A stretch of DNA of 64,000 nt from the NCBI GenBank assembly GCA_965116885.1, contig OZ220741.1, positions 4,576,001 through 4,640,000 on the forward strand, read 5' to 3'. The DNA is from Candidatus Latescibacterota bacterium. Lineage in GTDB: Bacteria > Latescibacterota > UBA2968. The position numbers were made by a program, and so were the translations under genes. Shown here piece by piece: positions 1 to 9,652 of the stretch (within the stretch, counting starts at the first letter, position 1; each line of letters begins with the position of its first letter). The notes under the pieces are model-generated. The model was given only the letters and a program-made list of their open reading frames with translations, was not told the origin of the DNA and did no database searches.

Positions 1-1240
1 GGGGCGCAATGCAATTGGGGCTATCGGGCACCAGATCGCCCCACCGAATAAAATTATTTAAAAACATGCCCGTATCGCCCATCATTACCCCCGACCCAAA
101 ACCCGACCCCAAACTCTGAGTTATAGCCACGGCATTGCCATCGCCATCAACCACATCGAAATGCGTCGTGCATTCATTGCGCCATGCCGTTGGATCGCCC
201 GGTTCAATCTCGTCCGGCAATTTCGTCGCCGGATACCACTCGCCCCGATGCACACCCGCGCGATTTCCAATCAGCTTTCGGCGTTCTTCCGCATAGCCCT
301 TCGCCAGCAATCCTTCAATCGGCGCCTGCGGGGCTGCTGCGTATTCTATCCGATCTGCATTGCCCAACTTCACGGCTTCGATGAACAAATGTAATGCCTG
401 CTCCGAGTGATGTTCCATCTCTGCCAGATCGTATCCTTCCAGCATATTGAGCGTCTCGAGAATCTGAAATCCCGCACTCGGTGGCGGCGGACAAAACACT
501 TCATAGCCGCGATAGGTCGTCGCTATCGGATCAACCCACTCCGGTTCAAAATCAGCCAGATCGCGCTCGGACAACCAGCCCCCTTCCCCCTGAATATATC
601 CCGCCATTTCGCGCGCGAGATCGCCCCTATAAAAAACCTCCGCTCCCCCCTCAGCAACCCGTCGAAATGTTCGCGCCAAATCCTTTTGAGCCAGAATTTC
701 GCCCGGCAGAGGTCCGCGCCCACGCGACAGAATAACCCGCTCTCCCCTGTCGTTCAACCGCCCTCCACTACTCATCGACTGACTATTCCTCACCGTCACA
801 GCATACCCGTTCTCCGCCAGATCAATCGCAGGCGCAAATACTTGTGCTGGCGTCATTGTGCCATAGCGTTCCAACAATTCCAACCAGCCGCCACAAGCAC
901 CCGGCGTCAAACACGAACGCGGCCCAGCATCTTTATCCGCTGGACCATCAAACAACTCGGCACGCGCTTGATACGGCGTTCGCCCACAATAATCCAACAC
1001 GCGTCTGTAGTCATTTTTCGCATCGTACACAATCGCATACCCCACCCCCGCAATACCGGACATATAGGGTTCCACAACATTGAGCGCAGCAGCAACAGCA
1101 ACAGCAGCATCAAACGCATTGCCCCCCTCAAGCAACATCCGCGCGCCAGATAGCGCGGCCTGCGGATGCGCGCACGCCACCATACCTCGCGTACCCGTAA
1201 CCGTTGGTCTATGTGTCACACCATGTGCAGAAAAAGCCAT
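1..1240 (-). CDS. ggt: Gamma-glutamyltransferase (3' end runs off the window)
   Basis: Not in the ORF track. Manual minus-strand translation from ATG 1240 (AGGAG upstream): MAFSAHGVTHRPTVTGTRGMVACAHPQAALSGARMLLEGGNAFDAAVAVAAALNVVEPYMSGIAG... and near position 170 NECTTHFDVVDGDGNAVAITQSLGSGFGSG, the GGT autocleavage Thr motif. Confidence 0.93.
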   Translation of the reverse strand, partial: MAFSAHGVTHRPTVTGTRGMVACAHPQAALSGARMLLEGGNAFDAAVAVAAALNVVEPYMSGIAGVGYAIVYDAKNDYRRVLDYCGRTPYQARAELFDGPADKDAGPRSCLTPGACGGWLELLERYGTMTPAQVFAPAIDLAENGYAVTVRNSQSMSSGGRLNDRGERVILSRGRGPLPGEILAQKDLARTFRRVAEGGAEVFYRGDLAREMAGYIQGEGGWLSERDLADFEPEWVDPIATTYRGYEVFCPPPPSAGFQILETLNMLEGYDLAEMEHHSEQALHLFIEAVKLGNADRIEYAAAPQAPIEGLLAKGYAEERRKLIGNRAGVHRGEWYPATKLPDEIEPGDPTAWRNECTTHFDVVDGDGNAVAITQSLGSGFGSGVMMGDTGMFLNNFIRWGDLVPDSPNCIAP

Positions 1241-1441
1241 AACACTGCTCCTGAAAGTTTTGATTTTCACACCACAATAGGCCGAATTAAGATCGGTATA
1301 ATCTACGTCCAGTAAAAAAAAATGGCAACCGTAGAGTCATAGCCAGTAGAGAATATATTGCTCCGTTCTCCACACCAACGTATATTGCCCCATCCGTCAT
1401 CACATTCATCCATTTCTGACTCAAATATGGAAAGAAACCCT

Positions 1442-2554
1442 ATGGACCCTGTACAACTCACGCGCGAATTTGTATCCTTCAACTCAACCAGCTACCTGAG
1501 CAACGTCGATTGCTCAAATGCCATGGCAGAAAGAATGCGCGAAGCCGGCCTCGCGGTTGAACGCATACCCTACACAGACCCCAACGGCGTTCCCAAACTA
1601 AACCTCGTCGGAAAAAAAGGAAATGGCACTGGTGGCCTCGCCCTGATGGGACACAACGACGTCGTACCCGCCGAAGGCTGGGCATGGGACCCCTTTGAAG
1701 TCGCGGAAAAGGGATCCCGCATCTACGGACGCGGCGTAGCCGACATGAAAGGCTCGGTCGCGTGTATGATCGCCACGGCAAGCCATTTCTCCACCGACGA
1801 ACTCAAGCAGCCTATCTACGTGGTCGTCACCGGAGATGAAGAAATCAACTGTGGAGGTGCCGATGTCGTCGCCCAAAAATCCGAAGTATTAAAAGAATCC
1901 AACGTGCGCTACGGCATTATTGGCGAACCAACTCTGCTCGACGTGGTACACGCCCATAAAGGATCGGTCAAAATCAGCGTCACAGCCACGGGAAAAGCCA
2001 CACACAGCAGCACGGGAACAGGCATCAACGCCAATCACAAACTCATCCCCTTCCTCAACGACATGCTCGCCATAGACTGCGAACTCAAAACCGACGAAAA
2101 ATACCTCAACAACGCCTTCACACCCCCACATGCCACCCTCAACACCGTCATACACGGAGGCGAACAAGCGTCGAACATCACCACGCCAGAAAGCGGGGCA
2201 ACCCTCAACATGCGCCCCATGCCCGGACAAGACTTCGCGCCCCTACTCGACAAAATCAGAACACTGGCCAAAGAACGCGGAGTCCACGTCGATATATACG
2301 ACGGACTCGCCCCCCTCCACACCCCGGTGGAATCTCGCATCGTGCAAGAAGCCCTCTCCGTCACAAACAGGGGCGAACCCAAAACCGTAGCCTACGGCAC
2401 CGATGGCATGATCTTTGGCAAAACCATGGAACTCGTCGTACTCGGTCCCGGCAATATCCAACAGGCGCACACCATTGATGAATGGATCGAAATCGAACAA
2501 CTCCATCAAGCTGTGGATACCTTCTCAGAAATGGTGCGGCGGTTTTGTATTTAG
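1442..2554 (+). CDS. M20 family metallopeptidase, acetylornithine deacetylase (ArgE)-like
   Basis: Motifs GHNDVVP, GRGVADMKG, DEE, IIGEPT, AHTIDE. Start placed at ATG 1442 (1427 possible). Confidence 0.88.
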   Translation: MDPVQLTREFVSFNSTSYLSNVDCSNAMAERMREAGLAVERIPYTDPNGVPKLNLVGKKGNGTGGLALMGHNDVVPAEGWAWDPFEVAEKGSRIYGRGVADMKGSVACMIATASHFSTDELKQPIYVVVTGDEEINCGGADVVAQKSEVLKESNVRYGIIGEPTLLDVVHAHKGSVKISVTATGKATHSSTGTGINANHKLIPFLNDMLAIDCELKTDEKYLNNAFTPPHATLNTVIHGGEQASNITTPESGATLNMRPMPGQDFAPLLDKIRTLAKERGVHVDIYDGLAPLHTPVESRIVQEALSVTNRGEPKTVAYGTDGMIFGKTMELVVLGPGNIQQAHTIDEWIEIEQLHQAVDTFSEMVRRFCI

Positions 2555-2570
2555 GTACTCTCTTCCACAT

Positions 2571-2613
2571 ATAAAAAAATCCCCGTGATTGAGAGATCAC
2601 GGGGATTTTTTAT
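2571..2613. terminator. Bidirectional intrinsic terminator
   Basis: ATAAAAAAATCCCCGTGAT-loop-ATCACGGGGATTTTTTAT inverted repeat between convergent genes. Confidence 0.9.
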
Positions 2614-2637
2614 GTGTAATCGGATTGGCGCAAATCT

Positions 2638-2904
2638 CTACCCACCTGCAATTGACGTCACAAAATGAACCTCGCTATTAGGGGGGATCTGTGTCCGCAA
2701 ACCTTCCTCGGTGACAACGCCATCAATCGCAACCGCCAATCCAGGTGCAATCCGATAATCTTCGTACACCACCCGGTCTTTAATACCGGGAAATTGCGCA
2801 TCCAGATTTTCGATCACCTCGCGTAATGTATTGCCACCGACAACCACCTTTTCCCTGCCCTCGGTCAATTTGCGCATCAGCGAAGGAATCCACACTTCAG
2901 GCAT
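2638..2904 (-). CDS. MoaD/ThiS family sulfur-carrier protein
   Basis: ~88 aa ubiquitin-like sequence ending IAGG, directly downstream of a molybdoenzyme gene. Confidence 0.9.
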   Translation of the reverse strand: MPEVWIPSLMRKLTEGREKVVVGGNTLREVIENLDAQFPGIKDRVVYEDYRIAPGLAVAIDGVVTEEGLRTQIPPNSEVHFVTSIAGG

Positions 2905-2931
2905 AGTCAAACTCCTGTATCTCAGGCCATC

Positions 2932-5232
2932 TCAAGCCGAGCCATTCCCACCGTTTTTATCCCACCAGGCTTCCAACACGCGCGGAGGCGACATGGGCAA
3001 CTCGGTCAGGCGCAGGCCAATGGCATCGTAAATTGCATTGGCAACCGCTGCCGTAGGTGGCACAATCGGCACCTCTCCCACTCCGCGTACACCGTAGGGA
3101 TGCCCCGGATTGGGAACCTCGACAATATGCGCATCAATCATCGGCAAATCCAAACACGTCGGCATCCGATAATCCAACAAGCTGCTATTCCGCAAAATGC
3201 CATCTTCATCGTACACATACTCTTCGTTGAGCGCCCAACCAATCGCCTGCGCAACGCCGCCCTGCATCTGCCCCTCCACATACGGCGGATAAATCGCTTT
3301 CCCCGCATCCTGGAAAATCGACGCGCGCAAAATATCGACCTTGCCCGTATCGGTATCGACCTCCACATCCACAATCGCCACCGCATAAGCACCCCCAACA
3401 CCTGTGGGTTTTGCCGTGGCGTGCCCCATCACCGGCCCGCCCGTTGAATCGAGTTTGGCCGCTAAATCCTTAAACGTAATCGACTTCGACGGATCGGACT
3501 TTGAGCGGAACACAGCCTGATCGAACTCGACATCATCCTCAGAAATCTCCCACAGGATCGCCGCACGCGCCATCATCTGTTCTTTGATATCCTGCGCGCA
3601 TTTATAAGCCGCCCAACCCGTCGCAAATGTCGTGCGCGAACCACCCGTCACACCCGTATAACCAATCGAATCCGTATCGCCCACCTGCGGACGAATCTGC
3701 TGCTCCGAAATACCCAGCACCTCGGCCATCTGCATCGCAACCGACGTGCGCGTGCCGCCAATATCTGTCGAACCCTCCACCAGATTGATCGTGCCATCGT
3801 CATTCACACTCGCAGCCGCACTCGAAACACCGCCTCCATTGCCCCAAAAACCAGACGCCACACCGCGACCGCGATATTTTCCATTGAGCGTCGTCTGATA
3901 ATGGTCAGAAGAGACAGCAGCGCGAACACATTCCTCATGTCCGATGCGCTTATTCACGGGACCATCTGCGCGGCGCGTGCCTTCTTTTGCAGAATTGCTC
4001 AACCGAAATTCCAGCGGATCGACGCCCAATTTCTCGGCGAGTTCATCCACCACGGTCTCAACGGCAAAAGCCGCATTCGTCGTGCCCGGCGCGCGATAGG
4101 CCGAAGAGGAAGGCTTGTTGTTCACCACATCATAACCATCCACCAGAACATGTGGAATCACATAAGGCGCCAGCATATTGCGCGCCCCCGCGCCCACGGG
4201 ACTGCCGGAAAAAGCCCCGGCCTCATAGACCAGTTCACTCTCAGCAGCGACGAGCTTGCCGTCATTGGTCGCGCCCATCTTCACCCGAATCCACGACCCC
4301 GAGGTCGGGCCAGTCGCCTGCAAAACCTCGGTGCGGGTCATAATCATTTTCACCGGATGCCCCGTCTTTCTCGACAACAGCGCGGCAATCGGTTCCAAAT
4401 ACGCTTTGATCTTCCCGCCAAATCCCCCGCCAATCTCCAGGGGCACAACCTTAATTTGCGACACGGGAATGCCCAAAATTCTCGCAGTCTGATCCCGCAC
4501 GCCAAACGCACCCTGATTGCTGCACCAGATCGTCACCACGCCATCGGCATTCCACAACACCGTGGCATTTTGCGGTTCAATATAGCCCTGATGCACCATA
4601 TCCGTGAGAAACTCGCGCTCGACAATCACATCCGATTCGGCAAATCCCTGTTCGATATCGCCCAATTCCGTGCGAAAATGCGACGCCACATTGCTGAAAT
4701 TCTCGCTCCTCTCACCCATCGAATTGGTTCTCTGATCTTCATGTACCAGAGGCGCATCGTCCTTCATCGCCTCCCGCACATCCAGCACATGGGACAACAC
4801 CTCGTATTCGACCTCAATCAAATCCAGTGCTTCTTCAGCAATATGGACATTAGTCGCCGCCACCGCCGCTACGGGATACCCCTGATAGAGCACCTTTTCG
4901 CGTGCCAGTACTGCCGCACACATATCCTTAACCCGCACCACCTCTTCGCCCAAATCGGCCAACTGCTCCTCGGCATTGAGCGCCAAATCCTGCCCGGTAA
5001 CAACCGCGCGAACGCCTTCAAGCGCTTCGGCCTTGCTCGTATCAACCGACTTGAGCCGAGCGTGCGCGTGCGGGCTTCGCAAAACTCTGGCATGCAACAT
5101 ATCGGGCAAATTGAGGTCCGTACCGTAAATCGCCCTGCCCGTCACCTTATCCGCGCCATCGTGCCGCACGGGCCGCGTCCCCACGACCTTATAATCCGTA
5201 ATACCCAAATAATCTTCCTGTGGAATCGCCAT
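2932..5232 (-). CDS. Xanthine dehydrogenase/CoxL family molybdopterin-binding subunit
   Basis: KVTGRAIY, RSPHAHA, GGGFGGK, AYRAPG, EGQMQGG, RGVGE motifs; 766 aa. Confidence 0.95.
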   Translation of the reverse strand: MAIPQEDYLGITDYKVVGTRPVRHDGADKVTGRAIYGTDLNLPDMLHARVLRSPHAHARLKSVDTSKAEALEGVRAVVTGQDLALNAEEQLADLGEEVVRVKDMCAAVLAREKVLYQGYPVAAVAATNVHIAEEALDLIEVEYEVLSHVLDVREAMKDDAPLVHEDQRTNSMGERSENFSNVASHFRTELGDIEQGFAESDVIVEREFLTDMVHQGYIEPQNATVLWNADGVVTIWCSNQGAFGVRDQTARILGIPVSQIKVVPLEIGGGFGGKIKAYLEPIAALLSRKTGHPVKMIMTRTEVLQATGPTSGSWIRVKMGATNDGKLVAAESELVYEAGAFSGSPVGAGARNMLAPYVIPHVLVDGYDVVNNKPSSSAYRAPGTTNAAFAVETVVDELAEKLGVDPLEFRLSNSAKEGTRRADGPVNKRIGHEECVRAAVSSDHYQTTLNGKYRGRGVASGFWGNGGGVSSAAASVNDDGTINLVEGSTDIGGTRTSVAMQMAEVLGISEQQIRPQVGDTDSIGYTGVTGGSRTTFATGWAAYKCAQDIKEQMMARAAILWEISEDDVEFDQAVFRSKSDPSKSITFKDLAAKLDSTGGPVMGHATAKPTGVGGAYAVAIVDVEVDTDTGKVDILRASIFQDAGKAIYPPYVEGQMQGGVAQAIGWALNEEYVYDEDGILRNSSLLDYRMPTCLDLPMIDAHIVEVPNPGHPYGVRGVGEVPIVPPTAAVANAIYDAIGLRLTELPMSPPRVLEAWWDKNGGNGSA

Positions 5233-5316
5233 TCTTCCTCCTGTAATAATAAAATTGCAATCCTGATTAATCGCACCAAAAATAATGCAGACCGCGCCCC
5301 CTGTCCAGTCTTTAAA

Positions 5317-6216
5317 TCACGCGTCGCTGATCTTGATACCGGATAGGGTCTCAATAGTCTTTGTCACGGCTGAAAAATCGAGTGCGCCAGCACCCAGGCT
5401 ACTGGCGGCCGCATACATCTGATAAGCCACCGCTCCCAGCGGCACGGGCACATTCATTGCGCGGCCCATCTCCACACCAATACCGATATCCTTCTTCATC
5501 AAATCGAGCATAAACCCCGGCGCGTACTCATCCTTGAACACAAAATCCGCAACGCGCGCCTGAAAAGCCGATGAATTACCCGAACTCACGCTAATCACCT
5601 GCCGCATCACCTCTGGATCAGCACCCGCTTTAACGCCGAGGATAAGCCCCTCTGCAATCGCAGCCATCGTAATACCGCCGAGCAACTGATTCACAATTTT
5701 AACCGTTTGCCCCACGCCAACATCACCCACATGAAAAATATTCTCGCTATTGCCCATCGCGTCAAAAATCCCCTGACAGCGATCAAAATCGGCCTTTGCT
5801 CCACCCGCAATAATAGTCAGCGTACCGTTAATCGCCCCAATATCGCCACCACTTACCGGCGCATCCATCACGCGAACCCCTTTTTCCGCTGCCTCCTCTG
5901 CCACACCCTGAATCGTCAACGGCGAAATCGTGCTCATATCCACAATGAGATCGCCTTCAGATGCCCCAGCCAAAACGCCCTGATCGCCCAAAATGACCTC
6001 GCGCACCTCGGGATCAGCAGTCACAATCGTAATAATAATATCCGTTGCCTCGCCCACAGCCTGTGACGAAGACACATAAGTCGCCCCCGCGCCCTCCATC
6101 TCGGCCACAATCTCGTCGCGCCGCGCGTAAAATGTCACATCAAAACCGGCCTTCAACAGATTGTGGCACATAGGCTTGCCCATAATCCCCAAACCGACAA
6201 ATCCAATCTTGTCCAT
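5317..6216 (-). CDS. NAD(P)-dependent 3-hydroxyisobutyrate/2-hydroxy-3-oxopropionate dehydrogenase family protein
   Basis: IGFVGLGIMGKPM, DAPVSGG, KIVNQ, KKD motifs. Start MDKIG at 6216. Confidence 0.92.
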   Translation of the reverse strand: MDKIGFVGLGIMGKPMCHNLLKAGFDVTFYARRDEIVAEMEGAGATYVSSSQAVGEATDIIITIVTADPEVREVILGDQGVLAGASEGDLIVDMSTISPLTIQGVAEEAAEKGVRVMDAPVSGGDIGAINGTLTIIAGGAKADFDRCQGIFDAMGNSENIFHVGDVGVGQTVKIVNQLLGGITMAAIAEGLILGVKAGADPEVMRQVISVSSGNSSAFQARVADFVFKDEYAPGFMLDLMKKDIGIGVEMGRAMNVPVPLGAVAYQMYAAASSLGAGALDFSAVTKTIETLSGIKISDA

Positions 6217-6321
6217 CTCATCACTCCTTTTCTGGTAAAACATCTATTTGTCTTTGACAACTGAAATGCTACAGTATAATATAACGTCAACTCATCCTAT
6301 CATCAGAAAAAAGAGCCAACC

Positions 6322-7869
6322 ATGAACACAAAAACATCCTCCGACCCTTTACTCATCGGCATCGACGTTGGAACCACCAACATCAAAGCCCTGATCTTTG
6401 ATCCTCGTGGTCGCGAAATCGCACGCGCACAGGCCAAAACGCCCACACACCATCCACAGCCCGAATGGGCGTATTACAAACCCGATGAACTCTGGAAAAC
6501 CGTGTGCGGCGTCCTGAAAAAGGCCATTGCACAAATCGACAATCCCGCCAACATCACCGGCATAGCCACCGCGAGCATTGGCGAAACGGGCGTCCCCATC
6601 GACAAGCGAGGAAACCCAACCAGCCAGGCAATAGCGTGGTTCGACCAGCGCACCCGCCCGCAATGCGAGCAACTGCAAAAAATCTTTGACCGCGACGAAC
6701 TCTTCTCGCTTACAGGGCTTCCTCTACAACCCATTTCCAGCCTGTGCAAAATCCTCTGGATACGCGAACATCAGCCCGAAGCCTTTGCGCGAACCGCCAC
6801 CTGGCTCAACACTGCCGATTATATCGCCTTCCGATTATCGGGCATACCCGCCACCGACTATTCCCTCGCCTCTCGCACCCTCGCCTTTGACCTCCACAGG
6901 CGGCAATGGGCAAACGGCCTCCTCAACGAACTCCATCTTTCTCCAAATCTCTTTGCGCCACTTTGCCCTGCTGGAACAGACCTGGGCACCATCCTTCCCG
7001 ACATCGCACGCGAAACCGGCCTGCCCCTGCACACGCGAATATGCGCCGGTGGACACGACCATATTTGCGGCGCACTTGCCGTTGGCGTTACAGAGCCGGG
7101 AACAATGCTCAATTCTCTGGGCACCGCAGAAGCCATGTGCTTGCCCATTTCCCAACCGCTTACAGACCCGCAAATAGGCCGCCAGAACTTCACCATAGGC
7201 GCGCATGTCGCGCCCGACCAATATTACTTCCTCGGCGGATTGTTTACAAGCGGTGCGAGCATTGAGTGGTTCCGCAATTTATTTGGCGAAAATGCCGACT
7301 ATAACACCTTAATTTCCGAAGCGAGCGAATCTCCCCCCGGTAGTCTGGGCGTTGGCTTTCTCCCACAACTGCGCTTTACCAACCCGCCCCATGCAGAAGC
7401 CATAGCGCGCGGGACATTTATTGGCCTGACACCCGACGCCAACCGCGGTACGCTCTTCCGAGCAATCCTCGAAGGTCTATCTCTGGAAATGCGCCATATT
7501 ATTGACGCGTCCAAATCTCATCCCGGCGTGCCCGAAACAAAAAATATTATCGCAATCGGCGGCGGCATCCGCAATCAACTCCTCATGCAAATCAAAGCCA
7601 CCGTTCTCGACCAGCCCATCGCCCTGGCCGAAATGGATGAAGCAACAGCCCTCGGCGCGGCAGTGCTCGCGGGACTGGGCACAGGTGTTTACGCAGACGT
7701 CGCCGATGCCCTGCATACGCTCGACATCCCCATGCAGACCATTCACCCCATACCCGAACAGGTCGCGCACTACAACACAATTTACAACCGCGTACACAAG
7801 CAAATTTATCCGGCAGTACAAGGCCTGCACCAGCAGATTGACCAGATCCAGATGACAACGGTCAGATAG
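6322..7869 (+). CDS. FGGY family carbohydrate kinase (xylulokinase-like)
   Basis: IGIDVGTTNIK, WFDQR, GGHDH, LGTAE, ATALGAA motifs. Confidence 0.93.
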   Translation: MNTKTSSDPLLIGIDVGTTNIKALIFDPRGREIARAQAKTPTHHPQPEWAYYKPDELWKTVCGVLKKAIAQIDNPANITGIATASIGETGVPIDKRGNPTSQAIAWFDQRTRPQCEQLQKIFDRDELFSLTGLPLQPISSLCKILWIREHQPEAFARTATWLNTADYIAFRLSGIPATDYSLASRTLAFDLHRRQWANGLLNELHLSPNLFAPLCPAGTDLGTILPDIARETGLPLHTRICAGGHDHICGALAVGVTEPGTMLNSLGTAEAMCLPISQPLTDPQIGRQNFTIGAHVAPDQYYFLGGLFTSGASIEWFRNLFGENADYNTLISEASESPPGSLGVGFLPQLRFTNPPHAEAIARGTFIGLTPDANRGTLFRAILEGLSLEMRHIIDASKSHPGVPETKNIIAIGGGIRNQLLMQIKATVLDQPIALAEMDEATALGAAVLAGLGTGVYADVADALHTLDIPMQTIHPIPEQVAHYNTIYNRVHKQIYPAVQGLHQQIDQIQMTTVR

Positions 7870-9652
7870 CCTTATCTTTGCCAATCTCCATATTCCGAAA
7901 TTGCAAATCGCACAACTCGCGATAAAGCCCATCCCTATCAAACAACGCCTCATGCGTTCCACGCTGCGCGATCTCGCCCTGATCCAATACCAGAATACAA
8001 TCCGCATGTTGTACTGTTGACAACCGATGCGCAATAATAAACGTCGTGCGTCCTGCCATCAACCGTTCCAAAGCCTGCTGCACCTGCGCCTCTGAAGCCG
8101 AATCCAGCGATGAAGTCGCTTCATCCAGCAACAAAATGCGCGCGTCTCTCAACAGAGCACGCGCAATCGCAACCCGCTGCCGCTGTCCCCCACTCAATTT
8201 CACGCCCTTTTCCCCAACCAGCGCGCCGTACCCCTCCGGCAATTCCACTATAAAATCGTGGGCATTCGCATCTCGGGCTGCCTGCTCAACCTCATCATCC
8301 GTCGCATCCAATCGCCCGTATCGGATGTTTTCACCAATGGAAGTACCGAACAAATCCACATCCTGTGATACCAGCGCGATCTGTTCGCGCAGCGATACAA
8401 TCTGCACATCGCGCACATCCACGCCATCCACGCGCACAACCCCAGAGGTCGCATCGTAAAATCTCGGAATCAGATTCATCAGCGTCGTCTTGCCCGCGCC
8501 ACTCGCCCCCACAAGTGCTATGGTTTGCCCAGGCAGGGTCTCAAATGAAACCCCCTTGATTACCGGGCGGTCGGGCTGGTATCCAAACCAAACATCTTCA
8601 AACGCCACTGCACCGCGAACATCTGCAAGTGGAAACGCACCCTCGCCATCGGCAATCTCTGGTCGCGACTCGAGCAATTCAAAAATGTGTTCTGACGCGC
8701 CCACAGCAGAATTTAAGGACGCATAAAGACGCGTAATCCCCATCACAGATCGGGCAATATTCATCGCGTAAAAAATAAACGCCACCAGATCACCCGCCGA
8801 CAAGCGCCCGGCCAGCACCTCTGTGCCCCCATACCAGAAAATCACTACCAGCGCCAGCATAAAAAGAAATGCGATACAAGCTGAAAAAACCGCTTCCATA
8901 ATCACGCGATAGCGCGACGTGCGAAACAAATCTTCGTTTGCCTCGCCATATCGATTCACCTCAAAAACTTCGCGTGCAAACGCCTTGACAACCCGTATAG
9001 CCGACAGGGCTTCTTCGGCAATCGCAGTCGTATCGCCCAAACGATCCTGCACCGTGCGAGACAACTCGCGGATGCGCTGCCCAAAATAGCGCGCCCCAAC
9101 AGCAGCAACCGGCGCAGCGGCAAACACCACCAGGCTCAATCGCCAATTGAGAACAACCATAGCCGCTACAGAACCAATAGTCATAATCCCCGTCATCAAA
9201 ACCTGCGAAATAGCACCCGTCGCGGCATTTCTGATGGCCCCCACATCATTGGTCAGACGCGACATGAGTTCGCCCAACCTGTGATCGGCATAAAAGCGAA
9301 GCCCCAAAAGGTGCAAATGCGCGTAAACCTTCTTTCGCAGATCCGTCACCACGCGCTCACCCACCCAGGAAATCCAGTAATGGCTACCCACATGCAAAAG
9401 CGACTGCAGCACAAACAGCACCAGCATGCCAAGCGCCAGCAAATCCAACTGGTGTCTATCCCCCTGCTCAAACACGGAATCCAACAGCGACCGCAAGCCC
9501 AGCGGAATCATCAGCCACACACCTGAGGAAAACGCGGTAAATACCAGCCCCAGGACGAGCCGCAACAAGTATGGCCGGGCAAAAGCAAAAATGCGCTTCC
9601 ACGCCAGCCACAATGCCACAGGAGAATATGTCTGGTCGTTTTTTTCAGTCAT
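7862..9652 (-). CDS. ABC exporter, fused permease/ATP-binding (MsbA-like)
   Basis: N-terminal TM domain; GASGAGKTT, LSGGQRQR, LLLDEATS, IAHRLST. Confidence 0.95.
   Translation of the reverse strand: MTEKNDQTYSPVALWLAWKRIFAFARPYLLRLVLGLVFTAFSSGVWLMIPLGLRSLLDSVFEQGDRHQLDLLALGMLVLFVLQSLLHVGSHYWISWVGERVVTDLRKKVYAHLHLLGLRFYADHRLGELMSRLTNDVGAIRNAATGAISQVLMTGIMTIGSVAAMVVLNWRLSLVVFAAAPVAAVGARYFGQRIRELSRTVQDRLGDTTAIAEEALSAIRVVKAFAREVFEVNRYGEANEDLFRTSRYRVIMEAVFSACIAFLFMLALVVIFWYGGTEVLAGRLSAGDLVAFIFYAMNIARSVMGITRLYASLNSAVGASEHIFELLESRPEIADGEGAFPLADVRGAVAFEDVWFGYQPDRPVIKGVSFETLPGQTIALVGASGAGKTTLMNLIPRFYDATSGVVRVDGVDVRDVQIVSLREQIALVSQDVDLFGTSIGENIRYGRLDATDDEVEQAARDANAHDFIVELPEGYGALVGEKGVKLSGGQRQRVAIARALLRDARILLLDEATSSLDSASEAQVQQALERLMAGRTTFIIAHRLSTVQHADCILVLDQGEIAQRGTHEALFDRDGLYRELCDLQFRNMEIGKDKAI

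Noticed and set aside
1084..1112. GCAGCAGCAACAGCAACAGCAGCA simple repeat
   Set aside because: It is the coding sequence for DAAVAVAAA in ggt.
407..5346. Long plus-strand ORFs 407-1153 and 3901-5346 (also 9426-10388, 15673-16983 and similar)
   Set aside because: Antisense shadows of well-supported minus-strand genes, with no recognisable motifs.
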